A DNA stretch of 63,818 bases, filler included. It is 8 parts of 8 records of this genome, joined end to end, with 100 filler letters (N's around TTAATTAATTAA, not from the genome) between each part and the next. Parts side by side here need not be neighbours in the genome. Positions count along the whole stretch, not along the records: positions 1 to 5,413 come from SRR31147125_14552; positions 5,514 to 19,403 come from SRR31147125_14557; 6 more parts are not named here. One strand, 5' to 3'. The position numbers and the translations under genes were made by a program. How positions within the stretch are numbered: position 1 is the first letter of the stretch; each line of letters starts with the position of its first letter. Of the stretch, positions 1-9,771 are shown piece by piece. A model generated the notes under the pieces. The model had not been told where the DNA came from. It saw only the letters and a program-made list of their open reading frames with translations, and did no database searches.

Positions 1-1511
1 CTAATGTCAATCAATTTCTGATGCATTTCCTTTTGAACATCAGCATAGTCAGGATTATTATATACGTTATTCATTTCTGAAGGGTCTTTCTCCATATCGT
101 ACAACTCCCATGTATCCGAGTCGTAATAAAAATGAATGAGTTTATACCTGCTGGTGCAAATACCATGATGACGTTGCACATTGTGTTCGCCAGGATATTC
201 ATAATAAGTGTAATAAATAGCATCGCGCCATTCGTTGGTTTTTCCGCTTACAACATCGCGGAACGATTCCCCCTGAATATCTTCAGGAATGGGCGTGTTG
301 GCATAATCTAAAAAGGTGGGTGCAAAATCGAGGTTTTGAATTAATTGGTCAACAACAGTTCCCGGTTTAATTTCTTTAGGATAACGCATTAATAGTGGTG
401 TACGGAACGACTCTTCGTACATAAAACGTTTATCGAACCAACCGTGTTCGCCCAAATAAAATCCCTGGTCAGAAGTGTAAACCACAATGGTATTTTCGGC
501 TAAACCAGCCTCTTCTAAATAATCCAGCATTTCTCCAACTCCATCGTCAACCGATTGAATGGTTGCCAGGTAATCGCGCATGTAGCGGTTAAATTTCCAA
601 AGTGCCAAATCTTTACCTTCCAGATTAAGCGACTTAAATTCTTCGATTAATGGTTTGTAATGGGCATCCCAGGCAGCGCGTTGTTCATCGTCCATTCGGT
701 TATACATGTTTTGCGCATACTTTCTGTATTTGGTTTGAATGTCGCCTTCCTCGTCCAGCATTTTCAAATCGTACACCAAATCCATGTGCTCGAAAACTCC
801 CATTTCGTGTTCCGCCGCCACCGGACGGTTTTCGTAATTATCGAAAAAGTTTGCCGGTGGTGTAAAGTTCTTATCATCGAATAAGTCCAAATATTTCTTT
901 TCAGGCATCCAGGTGCGGTGTGGCGCTTTTTGGTGATACAGCATCAAAAACGGTTTTTCTTTATCTCGTTTATTTTTCAACCAATCCAATGCAATGTCGG
1001 TTGTAATTTTTGTACAATAACCGTGGTATTGTTTCTTCTCACCATTTTCAATAAAATCGGGATTATAATATTGTCCTTGCCCAATCACCACATTCGAATA
1101 ATCGAAACCTTGTGGCAAGCCATTTAGGTGAATTTTTCCTACCATAGCAGTTTCGTATCCGGCGTTTTGAAGCTGCCTGGCAAAGTTATCCTGTTCCCAG
1201 TTAAAAGGAAGAACATTATCTACTTTACCATTTACAAAACTGTGTTTTCCGGTAAGCATAACCGCACGGCTTGGTGCACAAATTGAATTGCTAACGTAAC
1301 CACGTGTAAAAATGGCTCCTTCTTCAGCAATTCTATCAATATTCGGCGTTTTATTTAAACCATGCCCATAGGCACTAATGGCCTGATAAGCGTGGTCGTC
1401 GCTCATTATAAAAACGATGTTGGGTTGGATTGCAGGTTCTTCTTTTACAGCACACCCTACTGCAAATATTGTTGCAAAAAACAGTACGAATAAATAATTT
1501 AAAGACTTCAT
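1..1511 (-). CDS. Cys-type sulfatase (lipoprotein), 3' end runs off the window
   Basis: Absent from the ORF track. My translation from the ATG at 1511 gives MKSLNYLFVLFFATIFAVGC...PNIVFIMSDDHAYQAISAYG...SICAPSRAVMLTGK, which contains the CxPxR formylglycine motif. The frame is open to position 1. Confidence 0.93.
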   Translation of the reverse strand, partial: MKSLNYLFVLFFATIFAVGCAVKEEPAIQPNIVFIMSDDHAYQAISAYGHGLNKTPNIDRIAEEGAIFTRGYVSNSICAPSRAVMLTGKHSFVNGKVDNVLPFNWEQDNFARQLQNAGYETAMVGKIHLNGLPQGFDYSNVVIGQGQYYNPDFIENGEKKQYHGYCTKITTDIALDWLKNKRDKEKPFLMLYHQKAPHRTWMPEKKYLDLFDDKNFTPPANFFDNYENRPVAAEHEMGVFEHMDLVYDLKMLDEEGDIQTKYRKYAQNMYNRMDDEQRAAWDAHYKPLIEEFKSLNLEGKDLALWKFNRYMRDYLATIQSVDDGVGEMLDYLEEAGLAENTIVVYTSDQGFYLGEHGWFDKRFMYEESFRTPLLMRYPKEIKPGTVVDQLIQNLDFAPTFLDYANTPIPEDIQGESFRDVVSGKTNEWRDAIYYTYYEYPGEHNVQRHHGICTSRYKLIHFYYDSDTWELYDMEKDPSEMNNVYNNPDYADVQKEMHQKLIDI

Positions 1512-1530
1512 ATTTTATTTTTTTAGAATT

Positions 1531-3867
1531 TTACAGAACTATTATTTCATCCACCATAAGGTACGATTGGTTACCCGCCTGATGATGTCCTTCGGAAATT
1601 GGATTTAATAATTTGGCTTTCACCCTGATTTTAGAAATTGCTTTAGCCTGGCATTCAACAGCGGTAACAATTTTGTTTCGTCCTTGTTCCAAACAGGTTT
1701 CCTGAAAACCGGAATCTCCTATTTTATCAAATTTACCATCTGCTCCGGCGCCAAACACTTCAACTTGTTTTGCAGGGTAAATTCCGCCAATGGTCTTTTT
1801 TAACGAAGTAAGTTGTATCTCGCTTATATCGGTTGGTTTTTCCAATTCAATTGTCACATCGAAATTATCGCTAAAGCCCTGCCAGTTTTTATCGCCTTTT
1901 GCCAGAAGCTGCCCATAATTAAGGTCGGTAAGCGATTGTTCTTTTGCAGCAACATCTCTTTCAGAATACGGATAATTATAGATTACTTTTGCTCCGGCAG
2001 CCTTGTGAATCGGGAACATGGCTTCAATTACATTTCCCAGGCATTCTCCATCTTTAAAAATAGCTGCTTTAACTGTTTTGGTTTCGGTTAAGGAAAAAGG
2101 AGCAGAATAAAGGGTGCTGTTTGCATTCGGTTCAGAGCCATCTAAAGTATACCTGATTTCTGGAGAATTTAATTCCGAATCGAAGCTTATTTCGATAGTT
2201 TTGCCGTTTCCCTTTTGGTGAATCCAGGGATTAAAAACACTTTTTGCATACCGAACATTTTTTGCATCGAAGCTTTTTAAACGAGCTTGCAGGCGTTTAA
2301 TAAAATTATCGAAATTTTGTTGACTTTCGGCTGTCCAGCCATTTTCGGCAACAGCAAACAAACGCGGAAAAGTCATATACGTTAATTTGCTCCAGTCGGA
2401 AATGGATTCCGTCCAGAGGTTGCCCTGAATTCCCAATATTTTTTCAGCTTCTTCGTCAGTAAAACCTTCGGGAATTACCGAATAATTGTATGTTGCAGAA
2501 AGTAAAGCTTCGGCATATCCCAGGTTGGGTTCATAATCGGGTTGCCCCTGTTTCAAATCTAGATAATTAGCGTAGTTGGGAGTCATAATTACATCGTGTC
2601 CGGCTTTGGCAGCAGCAATTCCGCCTTTTTCCCCTTGCCACGACATTACCGTTGCATTGGGCGCCAAACCGCCTTGCAAAATTTCGTTCCATCCAATCAG
2701 GTTTTTCCCTTTCGCATTTACAATTTTCTCTACCTCTTTTATAAAATAACTTTGCAATTCGTGCTCATCTTTCAAGCCATTTGCTTTCATAAAATCCTGG
2801 CACTGTTTGTGGTTTTTCCAACCATCTTTGTTGCATTCATCGCCGCCAATATGTATATAATTCAGAGGAAACAAGTCCACTACTTCGCCCAAAACATCAT
2901 CCAAAAATTTGTATGTAAAAGGATTCGAGGCACAAAGGGCATTGTTTTTATTCACGCCTCCGGTTCCCACAAAATATTTATGCGAAGGATTACACGATAA
3001 TTCAGGGTAAGAAGCAAGAATTTCCAACGAATGGCCGGGCACATCAATTTCAGGTAAAATTTCGATGTGCCGCTCTTTTGCATAGGCCACAATTTCCTTA
3101 ATATCTTCCTGCGTATAAAACCCACCGTAAGTTGCTTTTTCACCTTCTTTCTGAACGGGGCGCCCCCACCAGTTACTAATATTTTCATCGGTAACATTAT
3201 AATCAACGCGCCAGGCTCCAACCTCTGTTAGTTTCGGATATTTTTTTATCTCAATGCGCCAGCCCTGATCGTCAGTCAGGTGCCAATGAAAACGATTGAG
3301 TTTAAGCTCGGCCATAAAATCGAGCACCTCCTTTATTTTCTCCTTCCCATAGAAATGACGCGAAACATCGAGCATGTAACCGCGCCAGGCAAAAGCAGGT
3401 TTATCACTTATTTTCACTGCAGGAATCGGGCAGTTCTTTTTGTCTTTTGAATTGATTGGAATAAGCTGTTTCAAAGTTTGAAGTGCGTAATAAGCACCGC
3501 CTCCGGAATTTGCTTTTATGTTTATTCCTTTTGTTGTAACCTCCATTAAGTATTCTTCCGGCAGAAGATCTTCCTGTTTATCAATTTTTATACAATTCGA
3601 TGTAGCCTCTTTATCAACCTTCAACAGAATACCACTTTCCTCTTTTAATTCTTCGAGAAAACGTTCCTGAAGTGAAACTTCGGTATTGAAAGATTCGGAA
3701 ATACTCAGACAGGTTTTCTCATTCATACTGAAAAAACCGTTACCTACACTTACTTCCCCGGGCTGAGGAATAATATTAATATCGTTTAAAGTAACTGCTT
3801 TTTCATTATTACATGCTGTACACCAAATAAGAAAAAGTAATAAGATTGGAATAATTGGTTTCTTCAT
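1531..3867 (-). CDS. GH20 beta-N-acetylhexosaminidase (lipoprotein) with C-terminal Fn3-associated/chitobiase-like and F5/8-like domains
   Basis: Motifs WRGYMLDVSRHF, HWHLTDDQGWR and catalytic HIGGDE; EIRYTLDGSEP; lipobox TAC. Confidence 0.95.
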   Translation of the reverse strand: MKKPIIPILLLFLIWCTACNNEKAVTLNDINIIPQPGEVSVGNGFFSMNEKTCLSISESFNTEVSLQERFLEELKEESGILLKVDKEATSNCIKIDKQEDLLPEEYLMEVTTKGINIKANSGGGAYYALQTLKQLIPINSKDKKNCPIPAVKISDKPAFAWRGYMLDVSRHFYGKEKIKEVLDFMAELKLNRFHWHLTDDQGWRIEIKKYPKLTEVGAWRVDYNVTDENISNWWGRPVQKEGEKATYGGFYTQEDIKEIVAYAKERHIEILPEIDVPGHSLEILASYPELSCNPSHKYFVGTGGVNKNNALCASNPFTYKFLDDVLGEVVDLFPLNYIHIGGDECNKDGWKNHKQCQDFMKANGLKDEHELQSYFIKEVEKIVNAKGKNLIGWNEILQGGLAPNATVMSWQGEKGGIAAAKAGHDVIMTPNYANYLDLKQGQPDYEPNLGYAEALLSATYNYSVIPEGFTDEEAEKILGIQGNLWTESISDWSKLTYMTFPRLFAVAENGWTAESQQNFDNFIKRLQARLKSFDAKNVRYAKSVFNPWIHQKGNGKTIEISFDSELNSPEIRYTLDGSEPNANSTLYSAPFSLTETKTVKAAIFKDGECLGNVIEAMFPIHKAAGAKVIYNYPYSERDVAAKEQSLTDLNYGQLLAKGDKNWQGFSDNFDVTIELEKPTDISEIQLTSLKKTIGGIYPAKQVEVFGAGADGKFDKIGDSGFQETCLEQGRNKIVTAVECQAKAISKIRVKAKLLNPISEGHHQAGNQSYLMVDEIIVL

Positions 3868-3917
3868 AAAGGAATTTATTAAAGGCTTATTTTACAAACA
3901 ACTAAGCGGAAAAGTGT

Positions 3918-3999
3918 GAAAAGACTCCCGTCGTTCAGGTAGGAAATCTTTTCATAAAAATAACTTTACCTAACACTATTGATTGCAAGGTCAAATTTA
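3918..3999 (-). promoter_or_regulatory. Bacteroidota-type promoter (-7 box TAAATTTG) followed by a 5' leader hairpin upstream of the GH20 gene
   Basis: The minus strand reads TAAATTTG at 3999-3992, matching the TAnnTTTG consensus. A stem TGAAAAGATTTCC...GGGAGTCTTTTCA lies at about 3955-3918. Confidence 0.45.
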
Positions 4000-4083
4000 A
4001 ATATTATTCGTATAAGACAATAACCTTTTGTATTTTTTTACGAAGTATTTTCGATTATTTTGTTGCTTTAGCCAATATTATCT

Positions 4084-5364
4084 TCATTTTTTCGATAAAT
4101 CAGCGCAAATCAATTCTTTATCGTTTCTAATAAAAATATGTTTGTTAGAAAATGCCGGATGCGACCAGCAAACGCCGCGTGGCAATTGTTTCCGTGTTGG
4201 TTGAATTAAAAAGGCCCTGTCAATTTCATTAAATCCGTCAGGAGATAATTCCGTAATTAGCAACTCGCCCTGTTCGTTAAACATCCAAATTTTATCCTCT
4301 TTTTGTATGAAGTGAATGTTTGCCCAGCGCCCACGTTTTACAGCAGTTTGGTCTTCCCAAATCCTGTCGCCGGTATTAAAATCGAGGCAACGCAATTCGC
4401 CGTAACTGTCAACACCATAAATATATTCGCCCAAAATTACCGGAGTATTCATTACACAATGCAGCGCATCGGTTTTGCGTTCGCTTGCTCCGCTTCGTTG
4501 CCAAACTTTTTCGGCAGTTGTATAATCGTCGCCCAGTTTTACAAGTAGCGAACCGCTGTAAAAAGCACTCACAAAAATATGGTCGTTTGCCAGCGCCGGC
4601 GTTGCAATGCTCATTCCCGAACCTGTTTTCCAAGGAAATCGCCAGTACACTTCGCCATTTTCAGGATTAAGTCCCGATAAGCTGTGCTCTGTCCAGTTTA
4701 CTACCACTCGTTTCCCATTCTTTTCAATAAGAATTGGAGCGGAGTATCCGGCACGATCATCAAGATTTCGCCAAATTTCTTTCCCCGAGTTTTTATCGAA
4801 AGCTACAATTGACGCGTTGTTACTTCCACTTACATGAACAATAATTTTGTCGTCGATAATTAAAGGGGTAGCTGCAATTCCCCAAATGGGCATTACAATT
4901 TCGTATTCAGTGTTCAGGTCTTTTTGCCAAAGCACTTTTCCACTTGCAGAATCGAAACAATAAAAATGCCCCATGCTTCCCAACGAATATGCTTTGCCAT
5001 TGTTAATAATCACCGAAGCCCGGGGACCGGCAGGGTATCCTATTCCCGAATATTCGCAATCATACGAAAACTCCCAGATATGTTTTCCCGTTTTTTCATC
5101 GAAACACAATATTCGTTCTACTTGCTTAGGTTTCTCAATACGATCGCTTACATAAACCCGTCCGTTGGCAACTGTTGGGCCTGAATAGCCCGGATTAATC
5201 GAAACTCGCCACTTTACAGGAATTGTATCCGTCTCAAATTTTTCAACAATTCCTGATTCCGTCCAAACTGCATCGCGATTAGCTCCCCGCCAATCGGGCC
5301 AGTCTTGAGCTGTCAGCGAACAAACAGAAAAAATCAATACAACAAAGGCAAACTGCTTTTTCAT
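4084..5364 (-). CDS. PQQ-binding-like (BamB-like) beta-propeller repeat protein, secreted
   Basis: Signal peptide then DWPDWRG; repeated 'xCFDxxTGKxxW' blades; C-terminal WSHPA...RND. Confidence 0.88.
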   Translation of the reverse strand: MKKQFAFVVLIFSVCSLTAQDWPDWRGANRDAVWTESGIVEKFETDTIPVKWRVSINPGYSGPTVANGRVYVSDRIEKPKQVERILCFDEKTGKHIWEFSYDCEYSGIGYPAGPRASVIINNGKAYSLGSMGHFYCFDSASGKVLWQKDLNTEYEIVMPIWGIAATPLIIDDKIIVHVSGSNNASIVAFDKNSGKEIWRNLDDRAGYSAPILIEKNGKRVVVNWTEHSLSGLNPENGEVYWRFPWKTGSGMSIATPALANDHIFVSAFYSGSLLVKLGDDYTTAEKVWQRSGASERKTDALHCVMNTPVILGEYIYGVDSYGELRCLDFNTGDRIWEDQTAVKRGRWANIHFIQKEDKIWMFNEQGELLITELSPDGFNEIDRAFLIQPTRKQLPRGVCWSHPAFSNKHIFIRNDKELICADLSKK

Positions 5365-5413
5365 TCGTTTATTATTTTTACATGTTATACCATTTATGAA
5401 AAAGGATAGGCTA

Positions 5414-5513
5414 NNNNNNNNNNNNNNNNNNNNNNNNNNNNNNNNNNNNNNNNNNNNTTAATTAATTAANNNNNNNNNNNNNNNNNNNNNNNNNNNNNNN
5501 NNNNNNNNNNNNN
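5414..5513. other. Artificial contig spacer
   Basis: N44-TTAATTAATTAA-N44, which has stops in all six frames. Identical to the six other spacers. Confidence 0.99.
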
Positions 5514-5920
5514 AAAAAAACGATTCTATTGTTTGTGCAATAGACGAAGCTTCTAATAGAAAAAAGAAGATCTATACGATAACAGAAAAAGGAAAGCTAG
5601 AATTTTTTAATTGGATGGAAAGTCCTGATATCGAAAACAACTTTGAAGCATATATTATAAATCGTATTTTCTTTTTTGGGCTAATAGATTTAGATAAAAG
5701 ATTAAAAGTTGTAGAAAACCTAATAGATTATTTAGAAACTGAGATTATTAAATATGAGCAGGAATTAATAAAAAATGCTAATAATGATTTTCCTGATAAC
5801 TTTAGCCAAATTGCAAAATACCAACTTAAGACGTTGGATTTAGGAATAAGCAACCACAGAAGCACACTTTTATGGTGTGAAGAATTATTAATAGAACTAA
5901 AAGCAGAAAGGAATAAATAA
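5514..5920 (+). CDS. PadR-family transcriptional regulator, 5' truncated
   Basis: The frame is open upstream of the tracked ATG at 5615 and reads ...NRKKKIYTITEKGKLEFFNWM, the PadR wing motif. A helical C-terminus follows. Confidence 0.85.
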
Positions 5921-5921
5921 G

Positions 5922-6713
5922 ATGAATAATAAGAAAGTATTAGATTTTAAAGGAGCAAAGATCGTTTATTACGCGAATGGAGAAAAAACAAATACAGCAA
6001 TTGTATTTTTACACCCAGCGTTTGGAGATAGTGATATCTTTGTAAAACAAGTGGATTTTTTTAAGCAAAATTATTTTACTATCTGTATAGATTTAATCGG
6101 TCATGGTGAGAGTTTGCAAGATAAACCAGTTGTTAATATGGGAGATATGCCAAAGATTATATCCGAAGTTCTTGAGCAAGAGCAAGTTTTACAGGCACAT
6201 ATAGCAGGCGTATCGCTTGGCTCTCTTATTGCACAAGGGTTTGCACATTACTGCCCACAAAAAACACTATCTGTTACAACATGTGGAGGATATTCTATCC
6301 ATAAAGATAATGAAAAAATTATGAAAGCGCAAAACAAGGAAATAGGCAAATGGTTGTTTTTAATGCTGTTTTCTATGAAAAAGTTTAGAGAAATGGTTGT
6401 AAAGCAATCGTCTTATTCCGAAGATTGTAAAAACACTATGACAAGTGGTGCTGAAAAATTCACTCGTAAATCTTTTTTATCTATGGGTGGGCAAGATAAA
6501 TTGTTTATTAAAAAACAAGATGCCGTCATCTATCCTCTGCTGTTAGTAGTTGGCGAACACGACTTAGAACTGGCACTTGAAGCCAATAAAAGCTTACATA
6601 GTATAGAGCCAAAATCGCAGCTTAAAATAATAGAAGATGCTGGTCATTGTGCTAATATTGATAATGCAGACGAATTTAATAAAATATTTAAAGCTTTTAT
6701 AGAAAGCAACTAG
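5922..6713 (+). CDS. Alpha/beta hydrolase
   Basis: FLHP, DLIGHG, nucleophile motif GVSLG, VGEHD and AGH. Confidence 0.92.
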   Translation: MNNKKVLDFKGAKIVYYANGEKTNTAIVFLHPAFGDSDIFVKQVDFFKQNYFTICIDLIGHGESLQDKPVVNMGDMPKIISEVLEQEQVLQAHIAGVSLGSLIAQGFAHYCPQKTLSVTTCGGYSIHKDNEKIMKAQNKEIGKWLFLMLFSMKKFREMVVKQSSYSEDCKNTMTSGAEKFTRKSFLSMGGQDKLFIKKQDAVIYPLLLVVGEHDLELALEANKSLHSIEPKSQLKIIEDAGHCANIDNADEFNKIFKAFIESN

Positions 6714-6755
6714 GATGATATAATACATATATAAAATCTTTGCTGGAGTGGCTAT

Positions 6756-7646
6756 ATGAAAATAGACAGGCTTCTTGGTATTTTAATTGTATTATCTAAA
6801 AAGGAATCGGTTACCGCACCTTATCTTGCGCAATATTTTGAGGTCTCTAGAAGAACGATAAACAGAGATATTGAATCTTTATGTATGGCTGGTGTGCCTA
6901 TTATTACAAGACAAGGTAATAACGGGGGAATATCGATTGAAAAAGGATATAAATTAGATAAGAATATATTCAAAAAGCAAGAGCTTACTCAAATAATGTC
7001 TGGTCTAAAGGCTCTTTCCAGCATCGAAAACAACAGTGAATCTGATAATCTTATTAGAAAAATCGGACTTGACCAAGATGAAATTGTTAAGATTGAGCTG
7101 GGATCCTTTTATAAAGATAGCCTTTCTTCAAAGATAGAAATAATAAAAGATGCAATATACAGCAGTCATAAAATAGCATTTACTTACTACAACAAAAATG
7201 GCGAATTTAAAAAATGCGTTAATCCTTATTATGTTATCTATAAATGGAGCGATTGGTATGTTTATGCCTTTGATGATCAATTTAGATTGTTTAAACTGAA
7301 CAGGTTATGGGATCTTAAATTATCCGATGAATTTTTTGATAAAATAGAAATTCCTAAAGGTAGTCTTGATAAGCTTAATGATATTTTTATGAGCAACTAT
7401 CACTTAAAGGTTTATATTGAACCAAGCGAGCAATATAAGTTAGTTGAATCTTACGGTAACAAATGCTTTACCAAGACAAATGACGGAAAACTATTGTTTG
7501 AACGCGATTTTACAAACTTTAACTTCATGCTGGAATTTGTTCTTAGTTTTTCAAACAAAGCAAAAGTAATTGAACCAAAAGAGCTCATAGATAGAATAAA
7601 AGAAATAGCGCAAGATTTGACTACGCAATACGAACATGACATATAG
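6756..7646 (+). CDS. YafY-family HTH-WYL transcriptional regulator
   Basis: HTH_11 segment LAQYFEVSRRTINRDIESL; WYL region DWYVYAF...FRLFKLNRL; C-terminal WCX-like VIEPKEL. Confidence 0.93.
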   Translation: MKIDRLLGILIVLSKKESVTAPYLAQYFEVSRRTINRDIESLCMAGVPIITRQGNNGGISIEKGYKLDKNIFKKQELTQIMSGLKALSSIENNSESDNLIRKIGLDQDEIVKIELGSFYKDSLSSKIEIIKDAIYSSHKIAFTYYNKNGEFKKCVNPYYVIYKWSDWYVYAFDDQFRLFKLNRLWDLKLSDEFFDKIEIPKGSLDKLNDIFMSNYHLKVYIEPSEQYKLVESYGNKCFTKTNDGKLLFERDFTNFNFMLEFVLSFSNKAKVIEPKELIDRIKEIAQDLTTQYEHDI

Positions 7647-7670
7647 TTGACATGTTTGTATTGCTATACT
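7633..7670 (+). promoter_or_regulatory. Putative WYL-regulator operator plus extended -10 promoter
   Basis: Inverted repeat AACATGACA-N6-TGACATGTT (7633-7656, one mismatch), then TGcTATACT (7662-7670), SD GGAGG and ATG at 7703. Confidence 0.6.
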
Positions 7671-7702
7671 GGTTTTATTAAATAATCTTTTGGAGGAAAA
7701 TC

Positions 7703-8128
7703 ATGAGCAATAAAGAAATAATCGCAAGGTCAAATGAAATAATTTCAAAATCAGAAAATTGTTATGTTGCAGTAGTACAAAAAGATGGGTTTCCACATGT
7801 TGCAACACGCTCTTTTTGCACATCTGGCAATGTTAAAAAAATCTACATTAGTACAAACACAAGCGGTAATCTTGCAAGTATCGTTTCAAATAATAATAAA
7901 ATGAGCATTTGCGTTAGTAATGGAAACGATAATATAACTATGATAGGAACATCTAGAGTAATCGATGATCTAGAAACAAAGAAAAAGATGTGGAAGGATT
8001 GGTTTATCGACCATTTTTCTGGTGGTGTATCTGATCCAGAGTTTTGCGTTATAGAATTTACTACAAACAGACTATCTTTATGGGTAAACAGACAAGTAGT
8101 AAAACTATCTGTAGATGAAATAGAATAG
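7703..8128 (+). CDS. Pyridoxamine 5'-phosphate oxidase-like FMN-binding (general stress protein 26-like) protein
   Basis: DGFPH...IYISTN...KKKMWKDWFIDHFSGGVSDPEFCVIEF is typical of the family. Confidence 0.85.
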   Translation: MSNKEIIARSNEIISKSENCYVAVVQKDGFPHVATRSFCTSGNVKKIYISTNTSGNLASIVSNNNKMSICVSNGNDNITMIGTSRVIDDLETKKKMWKDWFIDHFSGGVSDPEFCVIEFTTNRLSLWVNRQVVKLSVDEIE

Positions 8129-8153
8129 CTTTATTTTAAGAAAAACTTAATAT

Positions 8154-8201
8154 AATAACTCGTATTTTTTTATATTAGATGAAAATATGAGTTATTTTTT
8201 T
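8154..8201 (+). terminator. Probable intrinsic terminator
   Basis: Stem AATAACTCGTATTT / AAATATGAGTTATT followed by a T-run, downstream of the stop at 8128. Confidence 0.6.
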
Positions 8202-8263
8202 ATATTAAAGATTGGTGTACTCATCTATGTTATAATATACTATATTTTTTACAGGAGATATAT

Positions 8264-9712
8264 ATGAGCCAAAACGGTTATAGTATGAATGAAGAAGAAA
8301 TATTAGATAAATGTATGGAAGCCTATGAAAATGGGGATTTAGTAACAGCAATTAATTTGATTTCTGAAGAAAAATATACAATACCAAGAGATGAACATGA
8401 AATAGCCGATATCAAATATACTCTTGCTGTTTATTTTTATGATACTTATAACGAAGAATATGCGATGGAACTATTTGACGAGCTTATAGCCTACGGTAAA
8501 AAAGAATATGGTGATACACATGAAAATACACTCATCTATATGCTTAGAAAAGTAGCCTGTTGTTTTGCTTTATTTGTAGATATGGAAGAATCATTAAAAA
8601 CATGCATTTTTGTCTATAATACGCGAGCAAAGCAACTGGGTAAAAATCATACAAGTACACTTACAGCGTTAAACTGGGTGGCTTCGTTTTATGAAAAACT
8701 TTGTGATTTTGAATCCGCTTTAGCTAGTTTTAAAAAAGTATATCAGTTAAGAAGCAAAACACTTGGCAAAAATAATGATTTAACTTTAAACACACTGGCA
8801 CATATAGCACATTTGTATTATAACAATAACAACAAGAAAAAAGCTTACGAGATATTTAAGGAATGTTATGAGCTTCGCAGCATAGCAAGTGGTAAAGCAA
8901 GCGAAAAAGCTCTTGCTCTTAAAAACTGGATGGGAAATTGCCTAACTGATTTTGAAGATTATGAGAGCGCATTACAAGTTTTTAAAGAAATCAGATCAGA
9001 TATTAAAACAGCAGGTGTTTCCAGTTTAGAAGGCCACAATGCAAATGCTTGGATAACGCATCTTGAGTCTTTGCTTTCCTATAAAAAACAGCAAAAATTT
9101 CTTTCTAAAAGTGAAGCAAACAATATGCTTACAAAAGCAAGAGAGTATGATGGAAAGTACAAGAATTTTGGATGTTCAAAACACAGATATATACTGAATC
9201 CCTGCTTGTCGCTGAATGAAGTAGAAGGATTTGAAACTAAACATAAAATTTCACTCCCTGATGATTTTAGATACTTTTTATTACACATAGCAAATGGTGG
9301 AGCAGGACCTCATTATGGCATTTTACCAATAGATAAATTTATGATAGAAGGCAGACCTTCTACTCCTATGCACTTTGCTTCAGATACAACATTGGATGAA
9401 TGGTTTGATATTGTAGATTATGCATTAGAAAGGGAACAAAACGAAAAAGATTTTGACGCTTATGCCTATATGTTTGATGGTATGATTGGCATATCGGTGC
9501 AAGGCTGCGGGTTTAATGCTTTTCTTTGTGTAACAGGAAAAGATAGAGGTAAAGTTTTTTACACAGATGATACATTCGATACTTCTCCAGCGTCAAGACC
9601 CTGTATTGAGTTTTTGGAATGGTACAAATGCTGGCTCCATTTTGTTTCACATAATAATGATTCTGGCGGTTTTGACAAATACTTGTTTAAAAAATATAAA
9701 TTTAACATTTAA
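8264..9712 (+). CDS. TPR (kinesin-light-chain-type) repeat protein fused to a C-terminal SMI1/KNR4 (SUKH) domain
   Basis: Repeats of about 42 aa such as GKNHTSTLTALNWVASFY. The C-terminal part has EVEGFETKHKISLPDDFRYFLLHIANGGAGPHYG and ...GKDRGKVF...FLEWY. Upstream TGTTATAAT and AGGAG. Confidence 0.8.
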   Translation: MSQNGYSMNEEEILDKCMEAYENGDLVTAINLISEEKYTIPRDEHEIADIKYTLAVYFYDTYNEEYAMELFDELIAYGKKEYGDTHENTLIYMLRKVACCFALFVDMEESLKTCIFVYNTRAKQLGKNHTSTLTALNWVASFYEKLCDFESALASFKKVYQLRSKTLGKNNDLTLNTLAHIAHLYYNNNNKKKAYEIFKECYELRSIASGKASEKALALKNWMGNCLTDFEDYESALQVFKEIRSDIKTAGVSSLEGHNANAWITHLESLLSYKKQQKFLSKSEANNMLTKAREYDGKYKNFGCSKHRYILNPCLSLNEVEGFETKHKISLPDDFRYFLLHIANGGAGPHYGILPIDKFMIEGRPSTPMHFASDTTLDEWFDIVDYALEREQNEKDFDAYAYMFDGMIGISVQGCGFNAFLCVTGKDRGKVFYTDDTFDTSPASRPCIEFLEWYKCWLHFVSHNNDSGGFDKYLFKKYKFNI

Positions 9713-9719
9713 CTTTAAA

Positions 9720-9755
9720 AAAACAGATGATTATATAAACTTAATCATCTGTTTT
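9720..9755. terminator. Bidirectional terminator between convergent genes
   Basis: Perfect 14-bp inverted repeat AAAACAGATGATTA / TAATCATCTGTTTT. Confidence 0.8.
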
Positions 9756-9771
9756 ATGTTATCTTCACTTT

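Noticed and set aside
650-1127. Short plus-strand ORFs at the window start
   Set aside because: They are antisense to the sulfatase gene that runs off the window edge.
1-5364. Sulfatase plus GH20 as a novel system
   Set aside because: This is a common Bacteroidota glycan-degradation pairing, and nothing unusual is visible.
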